Positions 1 through 8,914 of a DNA stretch of 32,000 bases are shown here, in pieces. The notes under the pieces are model-generated. The model worked only from the letters and a program-made list of their open reading frames with translations. It did no database searches and had not been told where the DNA came from. Within the stretch, counting starts at the first letter, position 1, and every line of letters begins with the position of its first letter. Location of the stretch: NCBI GenBank assembly GCA_963528875.1, contig CAURWT010000001.1, positions 180,001 through 212,000 on the forward strand. Direction: 5' to 3'. Position numbers and translations under genes: made by a program. The DNA comes from an uncultured Candidatus Saccharimonas sp. (GTDB taxonomy: Bacteria > Patescibacteriota > Saccharimonadia > Saccharimonadales > Saccharimonadaceae).

Positions 1-104
1 TAGATTCAAATGAAATTTTAAATCTTCCAAAAAATGAGCTTGAGTATTTACACCGGCAGTTTTTCCAAGCTGCGAAAGAAGTTTTTAAAAATCGATTATG
101 CTAG
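1..104 (+). CDS. 3' end of an unidentified CDS entering from the left edge (...DSNEILNLPKNELEYLHRQFFQAAKEVFKNRLC*)
   Basis: Frame 3 is open from the window edge to TAG at 102-104 and is followed by a hairpin terminator. The 33 visible residues carry no recognisable motif. Confidence 0.35.
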   Translation, partial: DSNEILNLPKNELEYLHRQFFQAAKEVFKNRLC

Positions 105-126
105 ATCCATATAGTATAAAATAAAA

Positions 127-159
127 GTCGCACAAAATGTGCGGCTTCTTTCTTTTTTT
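127..159. terminator. Bidirectional rho-independent terminator between the left-edge CDS and ruvA
   Basis: Stem gtcgcaca (127-134) pairs with tgtgcggc (138-145), with one G-U pair. T-rich runs follow on both strands. Confidence 0.5.
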
Positions 160-165
160 CAAAAT

Positions 166-741
166 TTAAATTCCAGCTTTCAGTGCCAAAGTAATGCGCT
201 CCTCTGTTGGTAAATCTCGCGGAATTTGTTCTAATGCTTTTGTTGCATCATTTAAATTAAACCCAAGAGCAATCAGAGCTTCTAAAGCCTCATCAGATGA
301 AAAATAATGAGGATTTTCAGTATTTTGTGATTTCGAAATCGCCATTCCAACTTTATCTTTTAAATCTAAAATTACACGCTCAGCTGATTTCTTACCAACT
401 CCAGATGCTTTTTGGATAAATTTTGCATCTTCGCAAGCAATTGAATTTCGAACATCTTCAGTTTCACCTAAACTCATAATTGCAACTCCAGCCCTTGGGC
501 CAATTCCTTGAACAGTAATTAAAAGTTCAAAAAGCTTTTTAGATGCCAAACTCGAAAAACCAAAAAGTTCTTGACTTCTATCGGTAATATTATGATATGT
601 GTAAAATTTAATATCATCGCCCAGAACTGCTCGTTCAAACTCATTTGCGGGAACGATAACTTCATATCCAACACCAGCAACATCCACAATCACGCTACCA
701 GCAAATTTTTCAACAATTTTTCCAGAAATATGTGCAATCAT
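166..741 (-). CDS. ruvA: Holliday junction DNA helicase subunit RuvA
   Basis: 191 aa. N-terminus MIAHISGKI...VDVAGVGYEV is the typical RuvA OB-fold start. Central helix-hairpin-helix segments (VQGIGPRAG, ASGVGKKSAERV) and a C-terminal domain III follow. Sits next to ruvC. Confidence 0.93.
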   Translation of the reverse strand: MIAHISGKIVEKFAGSVIVDVAGVGYEVIVPANEFERAVLGDDIKFYTYHNITDRSQELFGFSSLASKKLFELLITVQGIGPRAGVAIMSLGETEDVRNSIACEDAKFIQKASGVGKKSAERVILDLKDKVGMAISKSQNTENPHYFSSDEALEALIALGFNLNDATKALEQIPRDLPTEERITLALKAGI

Positions 742-771
742 TAAATTATTTTACCATAAACTCTTTAAGTT

Positions 772-1257
772 TTAAATACGCGTCATATAAAAATGCGTAA
801 TTGCAGCAGCGAGTGCATCGGCTGCATCATCTGGCTTCGGAATTTCAGCCAAATTTAAATTCGAACGCACCATTTCCTGCATTTGCTTTTTATTCGCTCC
901 ACCATAACCTGTTAAAGTTTGTTTAATCTGATTTGGAGTATATTCTGAAATTGGAATTTTTGATTGTTGAGCTACTAACATAGCCACACCACGAGCCTGA
1001 GCTACCGAAATTGCCGTTGTTACGTTTTTCGAAAAAAATAGTTTTTCAATTGAAACTTCATCTGGATTAGTTTCTGCAATAATCTCTTTCAAGCCATTAT
1101 AAATTTCTTCAAGCCGAATTTCAATTGGTGTATGAGCCGGAGTTGAAATAACACCACCAGTTACCATTTTTAAGGGCTTACCAATCTGGCAATCTACAAC
1201 GCCGAAACCCAAAATTCCAGTTCCGGGGTCAATTCCTAGAATTCGCCGCTTTTTCAT
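772..1257 (-). CDS. ruvC: Crossover junction endodeoxyribonuclease RuvC
   Basis: 161 aa. ILGIDPGTG catalytic-Asp start and C-terminal DDAADALAAAI motif are typical of RuvC. ATGA stop/start overlap with the upstream gene at 1254-1257. Confidence 0.93.
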   Translation of the reverse strand: MKKRRILGIDPGTGILGFGVVDCQIGKPLKMVTGGVISTPAHTPIEIRLEEIYNGLKEIIAETNPDEVSIEKLFFSKNVTTAISVAQARGVAMLVAQQSKIPISEYTPNQIKQTLTGYGGANKKQMQEMVRSNLNLAEIPKPDDAADALAAAITHFYMTRI

Positions 1258-2717
1258 TTTTTACCTTTTGAAAATTTCGCAAAAATATCTTTTCGAAATT
1301 CGAAAAATAAAATCGCTAAAAATACTAGAATCACAACAGCGATAATCCACCAACCCGTGAATTCGGCCTGTTTAGAATTTTCTTCCTCTTTTTTTACACC
1401 ATCACTAGCACCACTGTTTTTTACAACTTTTCTGCAACGATTCGTCTCTTCATTTCGCTCATATCCATCTTTACAAGGCGCTAGTTCTTTTTTAACTTCA
1501 TTACTGTTTTTTCTACAACGATTTGTTTCAGGATTTCGTGTATATCCTGGAGCGCATAAAACATCTTTTTTCGAAACTATTACACTTGAAATTTTTCGAC
1601 ACCTATTAGTTTCTGAATTGCGCTCATAACCTTCACGACATTCCAATGTAGCTTTTTCTACTAAAATTTTATTACATCGATTTGTTTCAAGATTTAAGAA
1701 ATAACCATTTTCACATTTTTTTTCTTGATTTTCTTCTTTAATCTTATTACAGCGATCAGTTTCTTCGTTTAAAAAATATCCTGCTTGGCAAGTTTTTTTA
1801 TTTTTTTCACAATGATTTTCAGAGTTTAAAAAGAATCCATCTTCACAAACTTGAAGAATATTTTCACTATTTTTTGTTATTTTAAAGCTTTGTTTCCATT
1901 CTTCTCCATCAAAAATCCAGCTTAAATTCTTCTTTGAGCCCTTCAATTCAATACTTTGAATTTCTTGTTTTTTTGAATTTAAAAGAATAATTTTATTATT
2001 GCCAGTTTTCGAAAATTTAAAACTATTTTCACTATTAAAATTAATTGTTAAAAAATCATTCGGTAAAATCTCTATATCTTTAAAATCTATTTTTTGTGGA
2101 TCTTTATTATTTCCTGCATAAATTTCAATCCCACATTTTTTAAGTGAAATTTTTTGATTTTTAGTATTTTTTAGCTCTAAAAACTGCTCATTCGAATTAA
2201 TTAAAACTTCGCTAATTTGTAAATTTTCACAAAAATCTTCTTCAATTTCAGCTAATCCGCCAGAACTAAAAATCACTTTTTTTTGTGAAATTTCAAAAAT
2301 ATCTTTATTAAAATTACGAATTAAAATATCATTTTTAGTAATTTCTGGCGCATTTTTTTCTTCGCACTTCATATTTTCTGCACATAAAAAATCAACTTTT
2401 TTGCCATCAATTTTAAGCTCAATCTGTTCACTCAATAAATCTTGACTCAAGATTTTTCCATCGCCATCTTTTTCGCTAAATAATATTTGTGCTTTTTTTA
2501 AAAAAATTCCGTTCGAAATTTCACCAATATTTTGATTATTCTGGATAATTTCAATTTTCGAAAACTGAAAATCTTCACCAAAATTTGAGATTTCCAGCAT
2601 TGAATTTGAAACTTTTGAAATTAAAATATTTTGCGTATTTAAAGCTTGAGTTTTATTTAAAAATCCCAAAAAAAGCGTAAATAAAACACTCAAAAAAATA
2701 ATTCTAGAAATCTTCAT
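1254..2717 (-). CDS. Secreted, C-terminally anchored surface protein with two LTD-like modules and six Cys-repeats
   Basis: 487 aa. N-terminal signal-like hydrophobic segment. ILISKV...LEISN and ISEVLINSNEQFLELKN resemble starts of lamin-tail-domain (LTD) modules. Six C-x2-G-[YF]-x-[RL]-N-x-E-T-[ND]-R-C-x-K repeats. C-terminal AEFTG + hydrophobic helix + basic tail. Confidence 0.8.
   Translation of the reverse strand: MKISRIIFLSVLFTLFLGFLNKTQALNTQNILISKVSNSMLEISNFGEDFQFSKIEIIQNNQNIGEISNGIFLKKAQILFSEKDGDGKILSQDLLSEQIELKIDGKKVDFLCAENMKCEEKNAPEITKNDILIRNFNKDIFEISQKKVIFSSGGLAEIEEDFCENLQISEVLINSNEQFLELKNTKNQKISLKKCGIEIYAGNNKDPQKIDFKDIEILPNDFLTINFNSENSFKFSKTGNNKIILLNSKKQEIQSIELKGSKKNLSWIFDGEEWKQSFKITKNSENILQVCEDGFFLNSENHCEKNKKTCQAGYFLNEETDRCNKIKEENQEKKCENGYFLNLETNRCNKILVEKATLECREGYERNSETNRCRKISSVIVSKKDVLCAPGYTRNPETNRCRKNSNEVKKELAPCKDGYERNEETNRCRKVVKNSGASDGVKKEEENSKQAEFTGWWIIAVVILVFLAILFFEFRKDIFAKFSKGKK
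1428..1847 (-). repeat. Six tandem coding repeats (about 20-28 codons each) of a two-Cys motif
   Basis: Repeat units: CEDGFFLNSENHCEK, CQAGYFLNEETDRCNK, CENGYFLNLETNRCNK, CREGYERNSETNRCRK, CAPGYTRNPETNRCRK, CKDGYERNEETNRCRK (aa 291-430 of the 487-aa ORF). Confidence 0.8.
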
Positions 2718-3714
2718 TTAAAAACTTTCTTTTTATTAAAATTGTAACTTCAAAAATAGCTAAGAAAATCAAATTTAAAACAAAATTATTATTTTCAGTT
2801 TTCAAAAATCCAGTGTTTGGTGCTAAAATTCGCCTCTGATTTTTTAAATTATCTATTTCATTATTTAACAAAATATCATTTTTAGTATTTTTTTCTGGCG
2901 GTTCTGGTTGCTTATCTTGGCTAAAAACTATATTTTTCTCATTTTTAAAATTATTTGAATCTTTAAAAATACTTTTTTCTTCATTTATATTAGCTTTATT
3001 TTCTTCTTTTCCCTTTTCAGAGTCCTCATTTTCAGGATTTAAAACTTTTTTATCTTCAGATTCATCTTCTCTTTTAGGAGCTTCAGGTTTTTTTTCTAAT
3101 TCATCTTTTTTATCGTTTAAATTTTCTGTTTTTTCAAGCTTTAATCCACCAAATCTTGGTGAATAATTATCAAGATTTCGTAAACCAAAATTATAATTAT
3201 TTCGAACTTCAGTAGTGGTCATCTTATCGCCGTTTTTGAGTATCTCAGCTTTCGAAACAGCAATTTTCTCAACACCATTATCACTTGGTTTTAGATCAGT
3301 TGAATTTTTAACCAGTCCTTTAATACATCTCTTTTTATCAGAACAAATATAATCTTTCAATTCACCATCAATATAAAGCCCCAAAATGGGTTTCTGACCA
3401 ATAGTATCAATATTTCGAAATTCTTCCTTAAATTTTACATCAGAATTCTGAGCATTTTGCGCAAAAGTCATATATTCTTGCGATTTAAAAATTCCATTTT
3501 GAACTTTTGCAATTTCAATTTGCTTTTGATTATTTTTAAGCGAAATTTCTTTAAATTTATAATCTTCACCACTATTAAAAAGTTCAACAAACTCCTTCGA
3601 ATCAGTAGCGTAAACTCGCGAGATATAGATCTTTTTATCTTCCGCAAAAGTATTTTTTGAAAAAATAAGAGCGATAAAAAAAGCAAAAAAACCAATAATT
3701 AAACTTTTTCTCAT
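2704..3714 (-). CDS. Secreted surface protein, paralog of the N-terminal module of the 487-aa protein, with a charged low-complexity stalk and a sortase-like C-terminus
   Basis: The ORF track starts at 3741, but AGGAGG lies directly upstream of the ATG at 3714 (MRKSLIIGFFAFF... signal peptide). IYISRVYATDSKEFVELFNSGEDYKF aligns with the neighbouring protein. E/K/D-rich region. C-terminal LAPNTG + hydrophobic stretch + KRK. Confidence 0.8.
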   Translation of the reverse strand: MRKSLIIGFFAFFIALIFSKNTFAEDKKIYISRVYATDSKEFVELFNSGEDYKFKEISLKNNQKQIEIAKVQNGIFKSQEYMTFAQNAQNSDVKFKEEFRNIDTIGQKPILGLYIDGELKDYICSDKKRCIKGLVKNSTDLKPSDNGVEKIAVSKAEILKNGDKMTTTEVRNNYNFGLRNLDNYSPRFGGLKLEKTENLNDKKDELEKKPEAPKREDESEDKKVLNPENEDSEKGKEENKANINEEKSIFKDSNNFKNEKNIVFSQDKQPEPPEKNTKNDILLNNEIDNLKNQRRILAPNTGFLKTENNNFVLNLIFLAIFEVTILIKRKFLNEDF

Positions 3715-3778
3715 TCCCTCCTCCTTTCCTAAAATGTCCAAAATATTTTAGCATAAACGAAATGAAAAATCAAGTAAA

Positions 3779-3809
3779 AATAATCTCACTCGCTTGGAGT
3801 GAGATTATT
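3779..3809 (-). terminator. Rho-independent terminator after rpmH
   Basis: Perfect stem aatctcact (3782-3790) / agtgagatt (3798-3806), extendable with flanking A/T pairs, followed by a T-run on the minus strand. Confidence 0.65.
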
Positions 3810-3810
3810 T

Positions 3811-3948
3811 TTAGACTGTAAGTCGTTTTCGGCCTTTTAGTCGGCGTCGTTTTAGAACTTTAATTCCAGCCTTTGAAGACATCTTATTTCGAAAACCGTG
3901 AGTTTTCGCACGATGTCGTTTATGTGGTTGATGTGTTCTTTTTGGCAT
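3811..3948 (-). CDS. rpmH: 50S ribosomal protein L34
   Basis: 45-aa ORF missing from the track because it is under 60 aa. My translation: [45 protein letters not shown]. The THGFR and KGRKRLTV motifs are canonical L34. Sits divergent from dnaA, the classical position. Confidence 0.9.
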   Translation of the reverse strand: MPKRTHQPHKRHRAKTHGFRNKMSSKAGIKVLKRRRLKGRKRLTV

Positions 3949-3957
3949 ATCTATCCT

Positions 3958-3986
3958 ATTTTACAATTTAATATTTAAAAAATCAA
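3958..3986 (-). promoter_or_regulatory. Candidate rpmH promoter (TTGATT-17-TAAAAT)
   Basis: On the minus strand: -35 TTGATT (3981-3986), 17-nt spacer, -10 TAAAAT (3958-3963). The ATG at 3948 is only about 3 nt past the expected transcription start. Confidence 0.45.
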
Positions 3987-4065
3987 GTTGATTACTTTTC
4001 ATAAGCTTTTTAATCTGTTACTTAAACTTGAAATTTTACTAAATTCATTTTGTAGTATACCATAG

Positions 4066-4236
4066 TTTTCCACAAAAAACAAGGACTTTTCCACAGATAT
4101 TACAGTAGTATTTAAAAAATGTGGAAAAATTATTCTACTTTTCAAAAATTATAACATATTTTTTATTTCTTAAAATTTTAGGTTGTGGAAAACTCAAAAA
4201 TGTTATAGAATAGAATTATGAATGAGTTGTGGAAAA
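4066..4236. promoter_or_regulatory. Upstream DnaA-box cluster (oriC part 1 / dnaA autoregulation)
   Basis: Five 9-mers TTTTCCACA or their complement TGTGGAAAA at 4066-4074, 4087-4095, 4120-4128, 4184-4192 and 4228-4236. Each is one mismatch from the TTATCCACA consensus. Confidence 0.7.
4183..4211 (+). promoter_or_regulatory. Candidate dnaA promoter overlapping a DnaA box
   Basis: -35 TTGTGG (4183-4188) lies inside the DnaA box at 4184-4192. 17-nt spacer, then -10 TAGAAT (4206-4211). The expected start at +7 coincides with the A of the ATG at 4218. Confidence 0.4.
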
Positions 4237-5576
4237 ATATCTTAGCTGAACTCGAAATGGATCCTAAAATTCAAGGTGCGAATTTTAAGACTTGGTTTGC
4301 TGACACACAACTTTTATCTTTAGATAATGATCATGCAGTTATTGGTGCTAAAAATTCTTTCATAACTAACACTATTAAGAAAAAATATATCGAACATATT
4401 AAGAAAGCTTTTCGAAATAACGGTAAAAATCCCGAAATTATTTCTTTTGAGGTTATTTCTACAAAAAAGCTCAAAAAACAGGCCGAAGAAATCCCAGCAC
4501 CTTCTCTAAAAAAACCTTCTGTTGAAGATTTAATCAAGAAGAAAACTGAAAAAGCTAAACATTCTAGTGGTCTAAATAAAGATTACACTTTCGAAAATTT
4601 CATTGTTGGTGGCTCAAATGAATTAGCATATTTTGTTAGTCAAAATGTCGCAGAAAATCCTGGTAAAAAATATAATCCACTTTATTTTTATGGAGATTCC
4701 GGCCTTGGTAAAACACACTTAATGCAAGCGATCGGAAACGCAATTGAAGAAAAACATCCAGAAATGACTGTTCTTTATATTACAATTGAGAATTTTTATC
4801 GTGATTTTCTGGAAAATGTGCGTTCAAAAAAGCAAGGCTATGCCGATAAATATCGAAATGTTGATGTTTTAATTGTTGATGATATTCAGTTTATCTATGG
4901 AAAAGATAAAACTCAAGAGGAATTTTTTCACACCTTTAATGAGCTTCATCGCGTAAATAAGCAAATAATTCTTTCAAGTGATCGTGCGCCTTCTAGTATC
5001 CCAACTTTAACAGACAGGCTAAAAAGTCGTTTCGAAAGTGGAATGATGGTTGATATTCAGCTACCAGATTTCGAAACTCGCCAGAGTATCGTTGAAGCTC
5101 GCGCTGAACACGAAAAAGTTAAACTTGAACCAGAAGTTTCAGAATTTATCGCTGAAAATTATCGCACGAATATTCGAGAAATCATTGGAGCAGTTACTCA
5201 ACTAATTGCAATGGCGGAACTTAGAAACATCAAGCCAAGTCTCGAACTTGCACAAGGTTTAATTCAAAACAGCCGGCCAACAAGGCCAAATCACTTAAAC
5301 TCAAAAAAAATTATTGATAAAACTGCTAAGTATTTTGGAGTTTCGAAAGAAGATATTTTAAGTAAATCTCGGCAAAAAGATATTAATCATGCCCGTCAAA
5401 CAGCCTGCTATTTAATGAAGTATGAGCTAAAAATGAGCTTCCCGCAAATCGGTAAAGAATTTTCACGAGATCATTCGACCATTATGAATGGAGTTTCGAA
5501 AATTGAAAAAAGTATTAAATTAGATGCCGAAATTCGTTCACAAATTGAAGGATTAAGAGATTTAATTTATGAATAG
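4218..5576 (+). CDS. dnaA: Chromosomal replication initiator DnaA
   Basis: 452 aa. AAA+ Walker A GDSGLGKTHL, Walker B LIVDDIQF, C-terminal DNA-binding domain (RQ.AMYL-like ARQTACYLMK, DHSTIMNG). rpmH-dnaA-dnaN-recF synteny. Confidence 0.97.
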   Translation: MNELWKNILAELEMDPKIQGANFKTWFADTQLLSLDNDHAVIGAKNSFITNTIKKKYIEHIKKAFRNNGKNPEIISFEVISTKKLKKQAEEIPAPSLKKPSVEDLIKKKTEKAKHSSGLNKDYTFENFIVGGSNELAYFVSQNVAENPGKKYNPLYFYGDSGLGKTHLMQAIGNAIEEKHPEMTVLYITIENFYRDFLENVRSKKQGYADKYRNVDVLIVDDIQFIYGKDKTQEEFFHTFNELHRVNKQIILSSDRAPSSIPTLTDRLKSRFESGMMVDIQLPDFETRQSIVEARAEHEKVKLEPEVSEFIAENYRTNIREIIGAVTQLIAMAELRNIKPSLELAQGLIQNSRPTRPNHLNSKKIIDKTAKYFGVSKEDILSKSRQKDINHARQTACYLMKYELKMSFPQIGKEFSRDHSTIMNGVSKIEKSIKLDAEIRSQIEGLRDLIYE

Positions 5577-5579
5577 AGC

Positions 5580-6045
5580 TATGGAGGCTCTATTTTTATA
5601 TCTGTTAATTTGACAATAATTTTAGTTTAGTTTATAAAAAGCGAACAGTTATTTTTGTTCACTTTTGACTTTTTTGAATTATATTTTATTTATTTGTTAT
5701 AAAAATGTATGTTCTTCCCTCCACCCAGCTTGCAAAATATTATTTTTATTTCTTTATTATGTTTGACATTATTTCTATAATATTTTAATAAAATGTTGAA
5801 AGCCTGTGGAAAAATAGCTAATTTGTTGAGTGAAAGTTATTTAAATCTTGCCGAAAAAATCACCAAAGTTTTGCACAGGCTGGTTGTGCATATTTTCGAA
5901 AGCTTAAAATTATGGAAAAGTTATTATTTTTCCACAAAGTTTTTCAGAAAGTTTTACTTTGATTTTCCACACAAAAAATGGTATAATTTTAAGTAGTGAA
6001 AGCTTGGTTTTCCACAGTTTCCACAATACCTATTATTATAATTAC
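5580..6045. promoter_or_regulatory. oriC part 2: AT-rich region plus downstream DnaA-box cluster
   Basis: Very AT-rich stretch at 5580-5800. DnaA boxes at 5805-5813, 5928-5936, 5963-5971 and the tandem pair 6008-6016/6017-6025 (TTTTCCACAGTTTCCACA), plus a degenerate box at 5911-5919. A tattattataatta tract follows the last box. Confidence 0.7.
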
Positions 6046-6075
6046 CACTTTTTAAGAAAAAGGATTTAAATTTTT

Positions 6076-7170
6076 ATGGAACTGACTGTTAAGAAAGATG
6101 ATTTATCTAAAGCACTCAATAATATCTCAGGAATTGCAAGTAGCAAAACTAGCTTGCCAAGTTCTGAATATATTCTTTTTCAAACAGATGGTTCAAGACT
6201 TCTAGTTGCTGCTACAAATTTAGAAATTGCAATTTCGCAAAAAATTAGCGCAAGAATTGAAAAAACAGGTTCCATTTTAATGCCAGAAAAACTAACAAAA
6301 AGTTTTATTGATAGTTTACCTTCAAATAGTGAAGTTTCTTTTAAAGTTAATGGTGGAAATATTTCAATAGAAAGTGGAAATTATAAATCAAAAATTAATG
6401 GTAGTTTGGCTGAAGAATTTCCAGAGATACCGACTGTTGATGAACCAACCGCAAGATTCTTTATTGGCTCTGATATTTTTAAAGAGTCGGTCAGCCAAGT
6501 TGATACGGTAAGTAATGACACTTCCCGACCAATCTTAACTGGAGTTTTTCTTCATACTTTTGAAAATAATATTTATATGGCGGCAACTGATGGGTATCGT
6601 TTAAGTGAACGCAATCTTTTCGAAACAGACCAAGAATTCGAATCGCTCGTACCAAGTAATGTTTTAAAAAAGGTTTCAGGTGTAATTCCTGAAAAACTTG
6701 ATGAAATTGAAATCCTGATCAATGACAATCAAATTCAATTTATGGTTGGCGAAATTCTGGTTGTGAGCAATTTAATTGATGGAAAATATGTTGAATATCG
6801 GCGGTTAATCCCAGAATCAACTGAAACTGTTTTGAAGATGAAACGGGCTGATTTTATGCAAACAATTAAAGTTGCTGAGGTTTTTACAAGAGATTCTGGT
6901 GGAAGCATTACTTTACGAGCTGATGAAGAAACTTCGAAATTATCAATTCATACGATTGCGAGTGAAATTGGCGAAAGTACATCTGAGACTGAAGCCGAAA
7001 TTACTGGTGGTGGCGAAGTTACTTTAAATGTTAACTATATTAAGCAAGCTCTATCAGCAATTAAATCACCCGAAGTTTCTTTTGGATTTTCTGGAAAACT
7101 TGCGCCAACAGTTTTTAAAAGTACTGAAAGCGATGATTATATTCATATTGTGATGCCACTGAAAAGTTAG
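6076..7170 (+). CDS. dnaN: DNA polymerase III beta sliding clamp
   Basis: 364 aa, directly downstream of dnaA. ATDGYRL motif and C-terminal IVMPLK ending are typical of beta clamps. Confidence 0.95.
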   Translation: MELTVKKDDLSKALNNISGIASSKTSLPSSEYILFQTDGSRLLVAATNLEIAISQKISARIEKTGSILMPEKLTKSFIDSLPSNSEVSFKVNGGNISIESGNYKSKINGSLAEEFPEIPTVDEPTARFFIGSDIFKESVSQVDTVSNDTSRPILTGVFLHTFENNIYMAATDGYRLSERNLFETDQEFESLVPSNVLKKVSGVIPEKLDEIEILINDNQIQFMVGEILVVSNLIDGKYVEYRRLIPESTETVLKMKRADFMQTIKVAEVFTRDSGGSITLRADEETSKLSIHTIASEIGESTSETEAEITGGGEVTLNVNYIKQALSAIKSPEVSFGFSGKLAPTVFKSTESDDYIHIVMPLKS

Positions 7171-7177
7171 GATTTAA

Positions 7178-8215
7178 ATGATTTTAAAAACTCTGAGAGT
7201 TCAGAATTTTCGAACACATTCTGATTTTATTTTAGAAATTGGCGAAAAATCAACTCTTATTTCTGGCGCTAATGGTAGCGGAAAAACTTCCCTTCTTGAG
7301 GCAATTTATTTTGCACTGCAGGGCACGAGTTTTCGCTCGAGTGATAAAGAAATATTAAGAAATGATGGATCGAGCTGGTTTCGAATTGATTTAAAAGATT
7401 CAAAAGATTCGTTAAGAACGATTATTTTTAATGATGCTGTTCAAAAATCAAAAAAACAGTTCCTTGTTGATGGAAATAAAAAAGCACGTTTGGGTGCTAA
7501 TTTACGCATTCCTGTTGTACTTTTCGAACCAGATGACCTGCAACTTTTGAGTGGATCACCAATGCGACGAAGAAATTTTTTAGATTATTTTCTTTCACAA
7601 ATTTTCCCGAGTTTTCAATTGGCTCTTGCAAGATACAACAAGGCTTTAAAGCAACGAAACAATCTTTTGAAACGCAATAATGTTTCGAAAGATGAGCTTT
7701 TTCCTTGGAACTTAATGTTGGCGGAATATGGCGCAGAAATAATCTCTAAAAGACAAGATTTTTTAGAGCTTTTGAATTCAAAAATTGAGGAAGTTTATTT
7801 TGAAATTTCAGGCGTTAAAGATGAAATTAAAATTGATTATTTAGGTGAAAAGGTTTCGAAAAATGAAATTTTAGCTATTTTAAGCGAAAATATTGAACGT
7901 GATAAGATTCTGGGTTACACAAATTTTGGCCCACACAAGCATGATATTCAATTTATTTTTAATAAAAAGCCGGCGCAAAATGTGGCGAGTCGTGGTGAGA
8001 ACAGAAGTTTAGTTTTAGCTCTGAAATTTATTGAAACTGATATTTTAGCTGATTTAACTTCTAAAAGACCAATTGTTCTTTTGGATGATGTTTTTTCTGA
8101 GCTTGATGATGACCGACAGAAATTGTTAACTAAGCATTTTTCGAAATATCAAACAATTATTACTTCAACAAATGAAATTAAAGTTGAAGATTGTAAAATA
8201 ACCTCGCTGGAATAG
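7178..8215 (+). CDS. recF: DNA replication and repair protein RecF
   Basis: 345 aa. Walker A GANGSGKTSLLEAIYF, signature-like SRGENRS, Walker B VLLDDVFSELD. Positioned after dnaN. Confidence 0.93.
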   Translation: MILKTLRVQNFRTHSDFILEIGEKSTLISGANGSGKTSLLEAIYFALQGTSFRSSDKEILRNDGSSWFRIDLKDSKDSLRTIIFNDAVQKSKKQFLVDGNKKARLGANLRIPVVLFEPDDLQLLSGSPMRRRNFLDYFLSQIFPSFQLALARYNKALKQRNNLLKRNNVSKDELFPWNLMLAEYGAEIISKRQDFLELLNSKIEEVYFEISGVKDEIKIDYLGEKVSKNEILAILSENIERDKILGYTNFGPHKHDIQFIFNKKPAQNVASRGENRSLVLALKFIETDILADLTSKRPIVLLDDVFSELDDDRQKLLTKHFSKYQTIITSTNEIKVEDCKITSLE

Positions 8216-8225
8216 CAGAGGTTAT
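8198..8225. terminator. Hairpin between convergent recF and the PEGA gene
   Basis: Perfect 8-bp stem ataacctc (8198-8205) / gaggttat (8218-8225). The loop contains the recF stop codon. The flanking T-runs are modest. Confidence 0.4.
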
Positions 8226-8239
8226 TTAAATAAAACGTA

Positions 8240-8911
8240 TTAATGAAGGCTACAAGTTGGATCTATAAAATCAACTTTATATTTTTTGAAAATATTCTTT
8301 TCTTTAGATTCAAGCCAATTTGTTGCTAAATCTTTATAAAAATCATAGTTCGAACTATTGCATTTACTGAATATTCTAACCGATATATCTTTAACTTCTG
8401 TTTTATCTTTCGTATCTAGATTATAGGTTATTGAAAAGCCCGTAGGTAATGATGTTTTTGTTGCGTTTGTATATGGTAAATGTTTAACTATAGGGTGTTT
8501 TTCGGTTAATTTCTTCATTGTTTCTGTTATTTTTGCATAACCAGCGCCACTTCTAATTATATCGTCTTTCTCATGCTCATTATACCAAGTTCCGTTCGGA
8601 TCATTTTGAGCTAAAGCTAATGAAATATTTGTTTTTTGACCAGATTTAATTTCGAACTCTTTCGAGGCGCTTTCGAAACCATCCTTCGCAACTTCAACCT
8701 TATATTTGCCTGGTGTCATTGTATGAGTTCCGTTTTGGAATTTTTTACCGTTAATTGTTATATTTGAACTTTCTGGCGCGATGCTGAGTAGTAATTTACC
8801 GCAATAAATATCAGACCAAATCCACCAGCCTATAATTACTAACGATAGTATTCCAAAAATGGCCAGAACGGAATAAATTTTAACTTTAGTAGAATTATCA
8901 ATATTTTGCAT
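8240..8911 (-). CDS. Membrane-anchored PEGA-domain protein (last gene of the T4SS-like operon)
   Basis: 223 aa. One N-terminal TM (IYSVLAIFGILSLVIIGWWIW), then LLLSIAPESSNITINGKKF..GKYKVEVAKDGFES..ISLAL, which matches the PEGA pattern. Starts 3 nt after the upstream stop. Confidence 0.7.
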   Translation of the reverse strand: MQNIDNSTKVKIYSVLAIFGILSLVIIGWWIWSDIYCGKLLLSIAPESSNITINGKKFQNGTHTMTPGKYKVEVAKDGFESASKEFEIKSGQKTNISLALAQNDPNGTWYNEHEKDDIIRSGAGYAKITETMKKLTEKHPIVKHLPYTNATKTSLPTGFSITYNLDTKDKTEVKDISVRIFSKCNSSNYDFYKDLATNWLESKEKNIFKKYKVDFIDPTCSLH

Positions 8912-8914
8912 ATC

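Noticed and set aside
1357-1629. 90-aa plus-strand ORF
   Set aside because: It lies antisense within the Cys-repeat region of the 487-aa gene. Its low-complexity F/S/L-rich product is a typical shadow ORF of an AT-rich repeat.
3715-3741. N-terminal 9-codon extension (MDILGKEEG) of the 345-aa ORF
   Set aside because: A strong AGGAGG lies inside it, directly upstream of the ATG at 3714, which starts a canonical signal peptide.
5793-5996. 67-aa ORF between dnaA and dnaN
   Set aside because: It is filled with DnaA boxes and sits in the AT-rich origin region, with no RBS. I read it as oriC DNA, not a gene.
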